From the NCBI GenBank assembly GCA_002706065.1, contig PAJM01000017.1, positions 12,722 through 76,721 of the forward strand: DNA of 64,000 nt, written 5' to 3'. Position numbers and translations under genes: made by a program. This stretch comes from Methanobacteriota archaeon. Its GTDB lineage: Archaea > Thermoplasmatota > Poseidoniia > Poseidoniales > Poseidoniaceae. Each line of letters begins with the position of its first letter. Positions within the stretch are counted from its first letter, which is position 1. Positions 8,749 to 18,184 of the stretch are shown in pieces. The notes under the pieces are model-generated. The model was not told where the DNA came from and did not search any database. It saw only the letters and a program-made list of their open reading frames with translations.

Positions 8749-9961
8749 ATGATTTCGTGGTAATAATGTCTTCACGGTGAAATTGCTTGGCTGCGTAACG
8801 AACCGTTAGAATACAAATCAATGATGATACGAACACCCACACAACGACGTGCTCAAGAATCACTCGATTGAGCAACAATTCTCTTAATCCTAAAAGAACA
8901 TTCACGAACGGTACGCCAAACCAAAACATTTCTACATCGTCCAGATTGATGAACTGAGTCAAGAGTATTGGCATGATCATGGCTAGTGTTATGGGTGTAA
9001 GTACAGAACCTGCTTCTTTGACGGATTTTGAACGCATTGCAAGTGCCAAATACAGCGCCACAATCATGGTTCCATAAAATCCAACAGCGAGTGCGAGTAA
9101 AAGCACTGCTGTTACACTCAACGATGGTACATCGATGAAATCACTCGCAAGATAGGCAATACCAAACAAGAGCCCTGTGATTTGGAGGGCGACTCCCACG
9201 CCTGTAATCGAAACGACTGCAAGCCATTTGCCAAGTAACAATTCTGTTCGCGACAGCGGGAGACTCAACAATGACTCAAGAGTGCCGCGTTCGCGCTCGC
9301 CAACGGTCATATCGATAGCAGGTTGGACTGCAGCACTCGCTGTCCAAATTGCTAATACGAACGGAATGAACAATGAAAGAAGCATGCCGGCCTGTTCGCC
9401 TTTTGTTGCAGCATCTGCATCGTTAATCGAACCATCCCAACGCAATGGGTTCAATGTTGACTCGACGTCAAGGCCTGCGGATTCAATCCGCTCACTTGTC
9501 AGATCCTCTTCCCATTGAATCAAAACATCAAGAATCCGACTCCTTGCCTCATTCGATTGTTCGGATGTTGAAAGGTGGAGAATGGAATAATACCAGGTTT
9601 CATTGCGCAATTCGATTCGCAAAATAGCATCATAATCCAGATTACGTAATTGTTCAGTACTGTTGCTGGTATCGGAAAGGCTTGTTAGATTGAGGGGCAT
9701 TGATTCGATGGTCAATGTTGCTGTCTGATTCTCAAGTTCGAGTATCAAATGATTTTCAATATCATTTGATTGCACAAGGATGTCGACTGTTTTTTCATTC
9801 AGTTCGGCTGCCTCATTTTGCATTACAATTGGAAAAGCAATGAACAACAAAGGGAACAACAACAGTGGTATGAGGACCAGAGCGACGATGGTTCTCCAAT
9901 CACGTATGAATTCAATGATCTCCTTTTTCGCCACAATTACAATTCTTTTTCGGCTACTCAT
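8747..9961 (-). CDS. ABC-2 type permease, NatB-like
   Basis: KKEIIEFIRDWRT, GERERGTLESLLSLP, LLGKW, multiple TMs. Confidence 0.88.
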   Translation of the reverse strand: MSSRKRIVIVAKKEIIEFIRDWRTIVALVLIPLLLFPLLFIAFPIVMQNEAAELNEKTVDILVQSNDIENHLILELENQTATLTIESMPLNLTSLSDTSNSTEQLRNLDYDAILRIELRNETWYYSILHLSTSEQSNEARSRILDVLIQWEEDLTSERIESAGLDVESTLNPLRWDGSINDADAATKGEQAGMLLSLFIPFVLAIWTASAAVQPAIDMTVGERERGTLESLLSLPLSRTELLLGKWLAVVSITGVGVALQITGLLFGIAYLASDFIDVPSLSVTAVLLLALAVGFYGTMIVALYLALAMRSKSVKEAGSVLTPITLAMIMPILLTQFINLDDVEMFWFGVPFVNVLLGLRELLLNRVILEHVVVWVFVSSLICILTVRYAAKQFHREDIITTKS

Positions 9962-10790
9962 CTTCTCCCACCTCCATTCTTTTCGAAGGTGTGAACAGTC
10001 GTCTCCATAGAGTTGATATTCGGGAAGGTTTGTCTGTTTCTTCCATCCTCGGTCGTGCCGTTTCGTTCGTGAGTGCTACATAAGCCTCTTCAAGCGAGTC
10101 GGTATTCGTAAGCACGAGCAGTTCTTCGGGCGTTCCATCGGCTTGCACAAAACCGTTGTGCACAATAATAATCCTGTCACACACCTGTTGTGCCTCAGCA
10201 AGGTGATGTGTTGAATAAATAACAGTGCCACCTTCATTCTTGAGCTTTCGGACGAGGGAACGAACCGTTCGTGCAGAGGTCACATCAAGACCTCCTGTTG
10301 GCTCATCCAACAAAAGAATTTGAGGCCCATGCGCAAGTGCTCGTAACAACGCCGTTTTTTGTTTCATTCCCCTTGAAAACCCTTCAGTATATCGATGGAG
10401 TGAATGCTCTATATCGAGGAGCTTTGCAAACCGATAGGTCCTGTTCCATGCCATTTGATCATCTATACCATGCAGTCGACTGTGATATCGGATGTTTTCC
10501 CACGCCGTTAATTTCGAGTACAATCCTGTTGATTCCGGAACAACACCAAGCACCGAACGCATTTCAGAAATTGGCCGATTGTTATCCAATTCGACTGAGC
10601 CTTCTGTTGGCCGGTAGACACCTGACATCAATCGGAGCAGGGTTGTTTTACCAGCACCATTTCCGCCAACTAAACCAATGACTGAATTTTTGTGAATGTC
10701 AATGTTAACATGCTGAATCGCATGTATCTCTCCGAAGGATTTCTTGACGTCGAGAAGACGCAGAAGCGGTTCCATATGGAGCACTCTCAA
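9954..10790 (-). CDS. ABC transporter ATP-binding protein, NatA-like
   Basis: Walker A GGNGAGKTT, signature FSRGMKQK, LLLDEPT, STH; start 10790 (TTG) or 10775 (ATG). Confidence 0.92.
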   Translation of the reverse strand: MRVLHMEPLLRLLDVKKSFGEIHAIQHVNIDIHKNSVIGLVGGNGAGKTTLLRLMSGVYRPTEGSVELDNNRPISEMRSVLGVVPESTGLYSKLTAWENIRYHSRLHGIDDQMAWNRTYRFAKLLDIEHSLHRYTEGFSRGMKQKTALLRALAHGPQILLLDEPTGGLDVTSARTVRSLVRKLKNEGGTVIYSTHHLAEAQQVCDRIIIVHNGFVQADGTPEELLVLTNTDSLEEAYVALTNETARPRMEETDKPSRISTLWRRLFTPSKRMEVGEDE

Positions 10791-11068
10791 GATGCGCGAC
10801 CGCTTTCAACTGCGAAATCGAGTCCAGGGTGTTTTTCCTCCAAACGCTTTGCCCGGTCAAGTGTGTTACGGAGTTCTTGCTGTATTTCTTTTTGAGAAAC
10901 ACCCATCTCAATCAATGTGCCAATCAACTCGAACGCCCCTTGCACGGCGCCAGCATCAAGGAATGCTTCGTTGGTAATCGTTCCATTGTGACGCAAGGTT
11001 TCCAACTGTTGAGCCAAGTATTCTGATTCCAAACGAATGCGAGGTCCGGCAACATGCGGCAGGGCCAT
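10787..11068 (-). CDS. Hypothetical helical protein
   Basis: ORF MALPHVAGPRIRLESEYL... lies directly upstream of the ABC ATPase; start uncertain (11068 or 11092). Confidence 0.65.
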   Translation of the reverse strand: MALPHVAGPRIRLESEYLAQQLETLRHNGTITNEAFLDAGAVQGAFELIGTLIEMGVSQKEIQQELRNTLDRAKRLEEKHPGLDFAVESGRAS

Positions 11069-11142
11069 CAGGTGGTCAATACAACTCCTCATCAGTTGTT
11101 AGAAGTCGAGGACGATTATGAGCATTCTGTCCATCGTATCTC

Positions 11143-11562
11143 TTATCGCTGTTTGAGTTCCACCAATATCCCACCTGTGCTTTTTGGATGTACAAAAGCA
11201 ATACTGGAGTTGTGAGCGCCCTTTCGTGGGCTCGTATCAATCATTTGTATGCCGTTATCCATAAGATGTGCAATCATTGATTTGAGATCATCAACGGCAA
11301 GACAGAGTTGTTGGATGCCCGGACCACGTTTGTCGAGGAATTTACCAATCGGCGTATCAGGTCCCATTGCCTCAAGAATTTCGATATTTGTTGAAGATTT
11401 ATCGACGACATCAAGCGGGAAAAATCGGGTAATTACGCCTTGGTCTTTGACTTCTTCATCCTCACCGTTGGAATCCAATCCTAAGAGTTCCCAAAATCTA
11501 CTTCCTTCGGCCAAACTATGGGCTGCAATTCCAACATGATCGATTGTAATTCGTTGTTTCAT
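11143..11562 (-). CDS. mce: Methylmalonyl-CoA epimerase
   Basis: IDHVGIA, PIGKFLDKRGPGIQQL, AFVHPKSTGGILVEL; adjacent to the mutase. Confidence 0.93.
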   Translation of the reverse strand: MKQRITIDHVGIAAHSLAEGSRFWELLGLDSNGEDEEVKDQGVITRFFPLDVVDKSSTNIEILEAMGPDTPIGKFLDKRGPGIQQLCLAVDDLKSMIAHLMDNGIQMIDTSPRKGAHNSSIAFVHPKSTGGILVELKQR

Positions 11563-11570
11563 ACTCTCAC

Positions 11571-13145
11571 CTAAAACCCACTGGGAGCAGAGTAAGTGCC
11601 AAAAATATCCTTCATAGCCGACATAATTTCACCTAATGTCGCATTATGTTGAATTGCATTGATAACGATTGGGAATAGGTTCGAACCGTCTTCAGCAGCG
11701 CTCCGAATCTGTTGCAGAATTACCTCGACTTTTGATGAATCCCGATTCTTCCGTAATCCATCCAAACGTTGATGTTGGTGTTGTGCAACCTCTGGATTCA
11801 ACTTCATTGGTTTGATTTGTAAGTACTCATCCATCGTACCGTGATTGACACCAACGATACGACGAGAACCACCTTCAATCTCATTGAAGTAGCGATATGC
11901 AGTTGTGTGAATCTCTTGTTGTTGATATCCTTGTTCAATCGCTTTCAACGCCCCACCCATTGAATCGATCTTTTCAATTTCAGATTTTGATTTGTTGTAG
12001 ATTTCATCAGTGAGTGATTCAATGTGAAAGGACCCTGCAAAAGGATCTACTACATCTGCAACACCAGACTCCTCAGCAATAATTTGTTGAGTTCGTAGGG
12101 CGATTGTAGCACTTTCTTCTGTAGGTAAGCCCAATGCCTCATCGTAACTGTTTGTGTGCAAGCTCTGTGTTCCGCCACAAACTGCCGCAAGGGCTTGGAT
12201 TGTGACTCTGCTGATGTTGTTCAGAGGTTGTTGAGCAGTCAGTGAAACTCCAGCAACTTGAGTATGAAATCGTAATTGCGTGGACCGTGGATGAGATGGA
12301 GCATAGCGTTGAACCATGAGGTCATGCCATAATCGCCGTGCAGCACGGAACTTTGATATTTCTTCCAGGAAATCGTTGTGGCAATTAAAGAAAAAGGAGA
12401 GTCTTGGGGCAAATGTATCAACTGCCAAACCTTTTTCACAGGCTGAATCAACATACGCAAGTGCATTGGATAACGTGAATGCAAGTTCCTGGACAGCAGT
12501 CGAACCAGCTTCTCTGATATGATAGCCTGAAATTGAGATGGTATTCCATTTCGGGATATTTGTGGAACAATACTCAAAGATATCCGTGATCAATCGCATT
12601 GAATGGTTTGGAGGGAACACATAGGTACCTCGTGCAATGTACTCTTTCAGAATGTCATTTTGAATCGTCCCTGATATCTTTTCTCTGCTTACACCTTGTT
12701 CTTCTGCAACAACACAATACATCGCAAGAAGGACCATGGCTGGCGCATTGATGGTCATTGAGGTTGACACCTTGTCGAGCGGTATATCTGAAAACAAATC
12801 ACGCATATCTTGCAGACATGAAATAGAGACTCCGACCTTGCCAACTTCACCCTCGCTAAGTGGATCATCAGCATCCAAGCCAAGTTGGGTGGGTAGGTCA
12901 AACGCTACCGATAGTCCCTTTTGGCCTCGATCAAGCAGCAAGCGAAAACGTTCATTGGTTTCTTGTGCAGACGAGAAACCTGCATATTGTCGCATCGTCC
13001 ATAATCTGGAGCGATACATCTTCTCGTGAATCCCTCGTGTGTATGGCGCAGAACCCGGCGTTTCAACGGAATCATCTGGCACGTGATAAGCCGGAATTGG
13101 TAAACCACCCAGGGTCTCCCAGTTGGATTTTCTTAACTCGACCAT
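11571..13145 (-). CDS. Methylmalonyl-CoA mutase, substrate-binding (large) subunit
   Basis: PYTRG, WTMRQYAGF (Tyr), GLSVAFDLPT, QNDILKEYIARG (Arg), GGTQSLHTNSYDE; no B12-binding domain. Confidence 0.95.
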   Translation of the reverse strand: MVELRKSNWETLGGLPIPAYHVPDDSVETPGSAPYTRGIHEKMYRSRLWTMRQYAGFSSAQETNERFRLLLDRGQKGLSVAFDLPTQLGLDADDPLSEGEVGKVGVSISCLQDMRDLFSDIPLDKVSTSMTINAPAMVLLAMYCVVAEEQGVSREKISGTIQNDILKEYIARGTYVFPPNHSMRLITDIFEYCSTNIPKWNTISISGYHIREAGSTAVQELAFTLSNALAYVDSACEKGLAVDTFAPRLSFFFNCHNDFLEEISKFRAARRLWHDLMVQRYAPSHPRSTQLRFHTQVAGVSLTAQQPLNNISRVTIQALAAVCGGTQSLHTNSYDEALGLPTEESATIALRTQQIIAEESGVADVVDPFAGSFHIESLTDEIYNKSKSEIEKIDSMGGALKAIEQGYQQQEIHTTAYRYFNEIEGGSRRIVGVNHGTMDEYLQIKPMKLNPEVAQHQHQRLDGLRKNRDSSKVEVILQQIRSAAEDGSNLFPIVINAIQHNATLGEIMSAMKDIFGTYSAPSGF

Positions 13146-13186
13146 GACTTATCCATGCATAGACGATTCATCAAGCCTCGCATGTC

Positions 13187-13660
13187 TCAGTGTTCAACGC
13201 CGCCTGGACCGTGTGCATGGCCATGGGCCAATTCTTCTTCGGTTGCCACCGTTACGTCAACAACCTCAACACTGAATTCCAATGTCTTGCCTGCCAGCTG
13301 GTGATTGAAATCGACCGTTACTGTCGCCTCTTCAACAGATACAACTCGGAATGGACCGACATCAGACATCAATGTCATACCTGGTTCTGGTGTGATCTCT
13401 CCAAACATTTCGGCAGGAATTTGTTGAACCGCTTCTTCAATTACAGCACCATAAGCGCGCTCTGGCTCCAGCGTGAATGTACGCCGTTCTCCTTTTACTG
13501 CACCAAGAAGTTCTTCCTCAAATCCTGGTATCATTTGCTTGTGTCCGACAAGAAATCGGAGCGGGTCACGACCTTCGCTGCTATCGAATACTTCACCACT
13601 TTCCGGTAATGTACCTGTATAATGAACGGTTGCTACAACATCTTTCTCAATTTTGGTCAT
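13187..13660 (-). CDS. slyD: FKBP-type peptidyl-prolyl isomerase, SlyD-like
   Basis: VFDSSEGRDPLRFLVG..MIPGFE, PERAYG, VDFNHQLAGKTL, His-rich tail HGHAHG. Confidence 0.92.
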   Translation of the reverse strand: MTKIEKDVVATVHYTGTLPESGEVFDSSEGRDPLRFLVGHKQMIPGFEEELLGAVKGERRTFTLEPERAYGAVIEEAVQQIPAEMFGEITPEPGMTLMSDVGPFRVVSVEEATVTVDFNHQLAGKTLEFSVEVVDVTVATEEELAHGHAHGPGGVEH

Positions 13661-13664
13661 CTTA

Positions 13665-14522
13665 TCATCTTCTTGTCGTTAGCGCTCTGACGAGGTCGCT
13701 TAGTTGTTTAGCTACCTCATCGCTTATGATGAGTTGTTCCTGTTTTTCTTCAATGAATTGGTACGTCGCCTCAACACCTATCCTTTCTCCTTTCGCCCAT
13801 ATTTGGCCAAGAAGATTTGATCGATGCTCTTCAGCTATTGAATCATCTTCAAGAATATCTCGTGCAGCATACTTGTAGTCATTGTATCGTTGCCGATTCA
13901 ATTTCTTGACTTTTGGTTGACGACCTCCACCTGAGTCATCATGGCGTGAACGGCGTCTTCGATGCTCTTTCTTCTTCGGAGTTTTAGTGACAATTTGTTT
14001 GAAGACGTTTTTTGAAGACAGACTTGGTTCTGCAGGATTCGGCGTGTCCTTTATTTCCACTTTTTCTCCTACGGAGTCTGTATCGACTACAGTGGATACC
14101 ACTGTTTCGGTGGGTTCGGCAGCAACTGGTTGGACACGGACTGGATTTGGTTCAAGAATCGACTCGGTCTTTTTGACGGATTCTTGTGATTGCTTACGCA
14201 ACTCAGCGAGACGTTCCGCTCTGGATGTCTGTTGGGCGGTTTCTTTGGTGCTTGTTTTGTTGAGATCTTTGGCGCTTATGGCAGGTTTCTGAACGGGTGC
14301 TGCACTTGGAGAAGCCTGAGCGCCGAGTCTTCTTCGTGCTTCTTCTTGACGCTTTCGCAAATCATTTTGATCAACATTCTGCCGGTTGTCTTGTCGATTA
14401 GTTGTTGATTGAGTTGGGGCATTGGTAGCACTTCGTTCGCTTCGTTTCTTTTGGCGAACTTGATTTGCATTCGCAGCAAATGGATTGAATGGTTCATCCG
14501 GTTTCCTGCGTCGATCTCGAAT
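13665..14522 (-). CDS. Hypothetical protein, disordered N-terminus and helical C-terminal domain
   Basis: Frame stays open upstream of the track's TTG (14360) to an ATT at 14522 preceded by GGGGG; start uncertain. Confidence 0.7.
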   Translation of the reverse strand: MRDRRRKPDEPFNPFAANANQVRQKKRSERSATNAPTQSTTNRQDNRQNVDQNDLRKRQEEARRRLGAQASPSAAPVQKPAISAKDLNKTSTKETAQQTSRAERLAELRKQSQESVKKTESILEPNPVRVQPVAAEPTETVVSTVVDTDSVGEKVEIKDTPNPAEPSLSSKNVFKQIVTKTPKKKEHRRRRSRHDDSGGGRQPKVKKLNRQRYNDYKYAARDILEDDSIAEEHRSNLLGQIWAKGERIGVEATYQFIEEKQEQLIISDEVAKQLSDLVRALTTRR

Positions 14523-14584
14523 TCTTAATCCCCCAGTGTTCGTTTCTCAATGCCGACTTGTTAAAAACAATCCGCTGCAATTGA

Positions 14585-15601
14585 CTAACTCCATGTTACA
14601 ATCGTATCATCTGTACGCATGTATTGGTCAATTCCGCTTGTTTCAAATGGGGTTTTACGACCATTTCGCAATTCGATGTAACCAAGGAGACCAATCATTG
14701 TACCATTATCAATGCAGTACATGCGTGGAGGTGCGTGCGAGGTTGATTCCCTCTCATGTGCCATCAATGTAGACATTTCTCGAAGTCGAGAATTGCACGC
14801 AACACCTCCTCCCAGCAAAACTTCCTTCTTTCCACTGTGGGCAAGGGCACGTTCTGCCACCTCAATGCAAGCAGCAAAGGCATGCTCTTGAAGTGACCAA
14901 CATACTGAACCCAATGAATTTCCTTTTTCGATGAGTCGTTGAGCAGCCGTAAGAATGCCTGAAAAGGCTAGATCCATTCCTCGGACGGGATAGGGTAATT
15001 CGAGTCCATCCAAGGTTGCACCAGGATTGTTTTCAATGAATTCCTTTGCTAATTTTTCAATAACAGGTCCTCCGGGAAATGGAATCCCTTGTTGTCGAGC
15101 AAATTTGTCCAACATATTGCCAATGCCGATGTCAAGGGTCTCACCAAGCACTCGGTACTTTCCTTGCAGTTTAGCAATGACTTGGGTATTTCCTCCGCTA
15201 ACGTACAGCAGAACAGGATCGTCGCATTCGCACTGTTGCCGACCAATTTCAATATGGGCTACACAATGGTTTACACCAATGAGCGGTACACCAAGCCGAC
15301 TGGACAATGTTCGTGCAACGGATGCACCAATACGAAGACAAGGTCCTAAACCTGGCCCTTGCGAGTATGCAATTGCGCCGATATCAGTAGTGCTAAGTCC
15401 TTGTGAAGTGAGAACTCCTCGAAACAATTCAGCAGCGTAATCTCGATGATGATCGGCAGCTTCTCGAGGATGGATCCCTCCTTCCAATGGCTTGATTGTA
15501 TCACCTACTGATGGATAGGGGATGCCGTTCGGGTCGACCAACCCGAATGAAAATGTGTGTGCTGTGGACTCAATTCCGATGGTCCACTTACCTTCGCTCA
15601 T
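14585..15601 (-). CDS. kae1: tRNA N6-threonylcarbamoyltransferase Kae1/TsaD
   Basis: IGIESTAHT, GGIHPREAADHH, GPGLGPCL, VNHCVAHIE, YVSGGNTQ, DNG.MI. Confidence 0.96.
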   Translation of the reverse strand: MSEGKWTIGIESTAHTFSFGLVDPNGIPYPSVGDTIKPLEGGIHPREAADHHRDYAAELFRGVLTSQGLSTTDIGAIAYSQGPGLGPCLRIGASVARTLSSRLGVPLIGVNHCVAHIEIGRQQCECDDPVLLYVSGGNTQVIAKLQGKYRVLGETLDIGIGNMLDKFARQQGIPFPGGPVIEKLAKEFIENNPGATLDGLELPYPVRGMDLAFSGILTAAQRLIEKGNSLGSVCWSLQEHAFAACIEVAERALAHSGKKEVLLGGGVACNSRLREMSTLMAHERESTSHAPPRMYCIDNGTMIGLLGYIELRNGRKTPFETSGIDQYMRTDDTIVTWS

Positions 15602-15622
15602 GGATGTTCGTGGAAGCGATTG

Positions 15623-15630
15623 TTCTTCAA
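15623..15630. promoter_or_regulatory. Bidirectional TATA-like octamer TTCTTCAA/TTGAAGAA
   Basis: Centred in the 50-bp gap, 21 nt from both the kae1 ATG (15601) and the hutI ATG (15652). Confidence 0.7.
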
Positions 15631-15651
15631 CTCTCACCTCTAGCCTCGACC

Positions 15652-16854
15652 ATGCGAACCATTTACCATAACATTGGTTCTATGCAAACGATGAATGATA
15701 TTGATTCATTATCTAAAGGAAAAGCAATTGCTGTAAAAGATAATAAAATTGAGAATATCATGGACTCAATAGATGAGTTTGAATCATCGGATGCTCAATT
15801 TATCGATGTAGATGGCAGATCTATCGTACCTGGTTTCATCGATGGCCACTCTCATCTTTTGTGGGCTGGGGACCGATTTAACGAGCACAACTTGAGAATG
15901 CAAGGTAAATCCTACGCAGAGATTGCGGAAATGGGTGGAGGCATTATGGAAACTGTACGTCAAACACGTAAGGTTGGTGCTGAAGAATTGTATTCAATCG
16001 GGGAGAATCGGTTGAAGAATGCTTTACGATATGGTACGACTTTTCTGGAAGCCAAAACTGGATATGGATTATCGACTGAGCATGAATTACGTCTATTGTC
16101 CGTCGTTGAACAATTGAAATCGGTCCAAAACCTTCCGTCAATTCACTCGACATGGATGGGCGCTCATGCTGTAACTCCAGAACATACCTATGATTCCTAC
16201 ACCGATGAGATACTTTCCGATCAGTTGCCACGTGTTCTCGAATCCAACTTAGCCGATTCTGCTGATGTATTTTGTGAACCCGGTTGGTTTTCTGTGGAAC
16301 AGTCGGAGGATATTCTTCGAGCATCGCGCAAAGGTGGCTTGCGCCTTCGAATGCATGTTGATGAATTTAGTGATGGTGGAGGTGGGGAACTCGCAGCTGA
16401 ACTACGTGTTCGCACCGCAGATCATGCACACCATACCTCGATGGATACACGTATGAAAATGAAAGATGCTGGGGTTATGACTGGTTTCCTACCGGGAACA
16501 CCATACTGCAACGGAGACGACTGGCCAAATTTTGCTGAGATCCATAATCATGACATCCCCTTCTCGATGGCGACCGACTTCAATCCAAATTGTCACATCA
16601 GCAGCATTCCTTTCATCGGTTCTCTCGCAGTGCAACGTAACGGTATGAGTCCGTTTGACGCATTAGCGTGTGTTACTCGACAAGCTGCAAAATCTACTCC
16701 ACGATCTGACGGGTTAGAGCAAGGGGTGATTAAGCCAGGAGCTGTGGCGAACTTCAACATTCTCAACAGTAAACATTGGGAAAGTTGGTGCATGTCACCT
16801 GCATCATCCCCTGTGCATTCTATATGTCTCGAAGGAACCCATATTGAATTTTAA
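15652..16854 (+). CDS. hutI: Imidazolonepropionase
   Basis: PGFIDGHSH, Y.EIA..GGGI..TV, E.KTGYGL, DVFCE, HVDE, ATDFNP. Confidence 0.93.
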   Translation: MRTIYHNIGSMQTMNDIDSLSKGKAIAVKDNKIENIMDSIDEFESSDAQFIDVDGRSIVPGFIDGHSHLLWAGDRFNEHNLRMQGKSYAEIAEMGGGIMETVRQTRKVGAEELYSIGENRLKNALRYGTTFLEAKTGYGLSTEHELRLLSVVEQLKSVQNLPSIHSTWMGAHAVTPEHTYDSYTDEILSDQLPRVLESNLADSADVFCEPGWFSVEQSEDILRASRKGGLRLRMHVDEFSDGGGGELAAELRVRTADHAHHTSMDTRMKMKDAGVMTGFLPGTPYCNGDDWPNFAEIHNHDIPFSMATDFNPNCHISSIPFIGSLAVQRNGMSPFDALACVTRQAAKSTPRSDGLEQGVIKPGAVANFNILNSKHWESWCMSPASSPVHSICLEGTHIEF

Positions 16855-16916
16855 CTAAAAATAAATTATTTGCAAATTTAAATTTGTTGTGTACCAAAAG
16901 GAATTAAGTGATTATC

Positions 16917-17246
16917 ATGGCATGGTTGGAAACAGTAGTTTGTTCATCGCACAAGAAAGTCAATGCACGATTTCTTCGAGTTCTTAATTCACATCAAGAG
17001 CTCAAACGTCGACAAGATGGATGTCTACTTGCTTGGGCAGCTAAATCTGTTGATGGTCAGCCACTTTTCTTGGTTCAAACCTTGTACAAATCCAGAAACG
17101 ATCTCAAGTTCATTTCGAAAATCGTTTCCGACAAACTCGATTCTGAACACGGACCACTTGAATCATTCATGAGTGGTCCGCCTCTTGTTGGAATCTTTGA
17201 GGTTGATGAGGTTCAATTCCTTCAGCAGTTCAAAATTGACGAATGA
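16917..17246 (+). CDS. Hypothetical protein, possible ABM-like dimeric alpha/beta barrel
   Basis: 110-codon ORF; K..QDGCL pattern and PLVGIFEV end resemble the ABM fold (weak). Confidence 0.55.
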   Translation: MAWLETVVCSSHKKVNARFLRVLNSHQELKRRQDGCLLAWAAKSVDGQPLFLVQTLYKSRNDLKFISKIVSDKLDSEHGPLESFMSGPPLVGIFEVDEVQFLQQFKIDE

Positions 17247-17250
17247 CCAC

Positions 17251-17291
17251 TGCACATGACGTCGTATAATGGTAGTTATACGACATGTGCA
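17251..17291. other. Inverted repeat/hairpin
   Basis: TGCACAT(GAC)GTCGTATAA-TGGTAG-TTATACGACATGTGCA: 16-bp stem, 3-nt bulge, 6-nt loop. Confidence 0.6.
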
Positions 17292-17480
17292 ATCAAACCG
17301 GAGAATTGTATTCATTGATAAAAATGAAGAAATGTATCGCTGTATAGCGTTTTACCGGTTACACAGTGTATGTTTCCGCTAAACAATCAGCTTTTCACTC
17401 CACAAAGTAGGGGGTAAAAGGTGGATTTATCCATTTTATTGGCCAAAGAGTTCATACAGTTCCTTTGTTGACAGAGGGGT

Positions 17481-17633
17481 ATGTCTTCAATTGAGGGTTT
17501 TTGCTTAAAGTGCAAGCAGTATGGGCCAATCGTCAACGGAAAGGAAATCAAAATGTCAAACGGAAGGACTCGATTTGCTGGAACTTGTTCTCAAGACGGA
17601 TGCACAGGTAAAATATCCAAGATCATCTCGTAA
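17481..17633 (+). CDS. Small zinc-ribbon protein, DUF5679-like
   Basis: Manual translation: MSSIEGFCLKCKQYGPIVNGKEIKMSNGRTRFAGTCSQDGCTGKISKIIS (50 aa); C.KC...M.NGR...G.C...C pattern. Confidence 0.8.
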   Translation: MSSIEGFCLKCKQYGPIVNGKEIKMSNGRTRFAGTCSQDGCTGKISKIIS

Positions 17634-17691
17634 CTGCACAATTGCTCTACCGATGTGAATAAATACGCGACTATGGTGGGAAGATTACCTA

Positions 17692-17768
17692 GGGCTCGTG
17701 GTCTAGGGGTTTATGACGTTGCCTTGACATGGCAAAGATCGAGAGTTCGATTCTCTCCGAGCCCACCA
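17692..17768 (+). tRNA. tRNA-Val(GAC), CCA encoded, no intron
   Basis: Acceptor stem GGGCTCG/CGAGCCC, anticodon arm TTGCC-TTGACAT-GGCAA, T arm GAGAG-TTCGATT-CTCTC, ACCA end. Confidence 0.97.
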
Positions 17769-17825
17769 ATGATTTCCTATTTATTTTATGATGAAAAATA
17801 ATTTAAATAATCATTATTTGAATAC

Positions 17826-18182
17826 TTAATCCTCATGAATCAATTCGACGTCCTCAACGTCGAGTTCTGGTTTTTTTACTACTGGTTCTTCTTCGCCAAG
17901 GTCTGAAAAATCAGTGTTCCCTCCTGTCCATGATTTGATTTCGTTAGTCTCGTCAAATGATTCAGTAATAAGTTTAGAATTGCCAGAAAGTGAATACGCT
18001 GATGGATCAATTTCACGTGGTTGTGAGCGTTCACTTGGCGGTGGAGCTTGGCGTTCTTCCATTGGCAGTGCTGAATGAAAGAGGCCACATTCTGGACATT
18101 TGAATGTGCCTTTGCTTTCAAGCGTTCCACATGATGGACAGCGAACAGAGGCCAACAGTGTAAACAACGGATCGTCACTCAC
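17826..18182 (-). CDS. Zinc-ribbon protein with acidic disordered tail
   Basis: CPSCG...CPECG; GTG start 2 nt after the stop of the upstream EF-hand gene. Confidence 0.75.
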   Translation of the reverse strand: MSDDPLFTLLASVRCPSCGTLESKGTFKCPECGLFHSALPMEERQAPPPSERSQPREIDPSAYSLSGNSKLITESFDETNEIKSWTGGNTDFSDLGEEEPVVKKPELDVEDVELIHED

Positions 18183-18184
18183 GA

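Noticed and set aside
11571-13145. Truncated mutase pseudogene or isobutyryl-CoA mutase
   Set aside because: Split large/small subunit organisation is normal in archaea, and the Tyr/Arg specificity residues match methylmalonyl-CoA mutase
16855-17830. Integrated element at tRNA-Val
   Set aside because: AT-rich, but I found no integrase and no duplicated tRNA 3' end in the window
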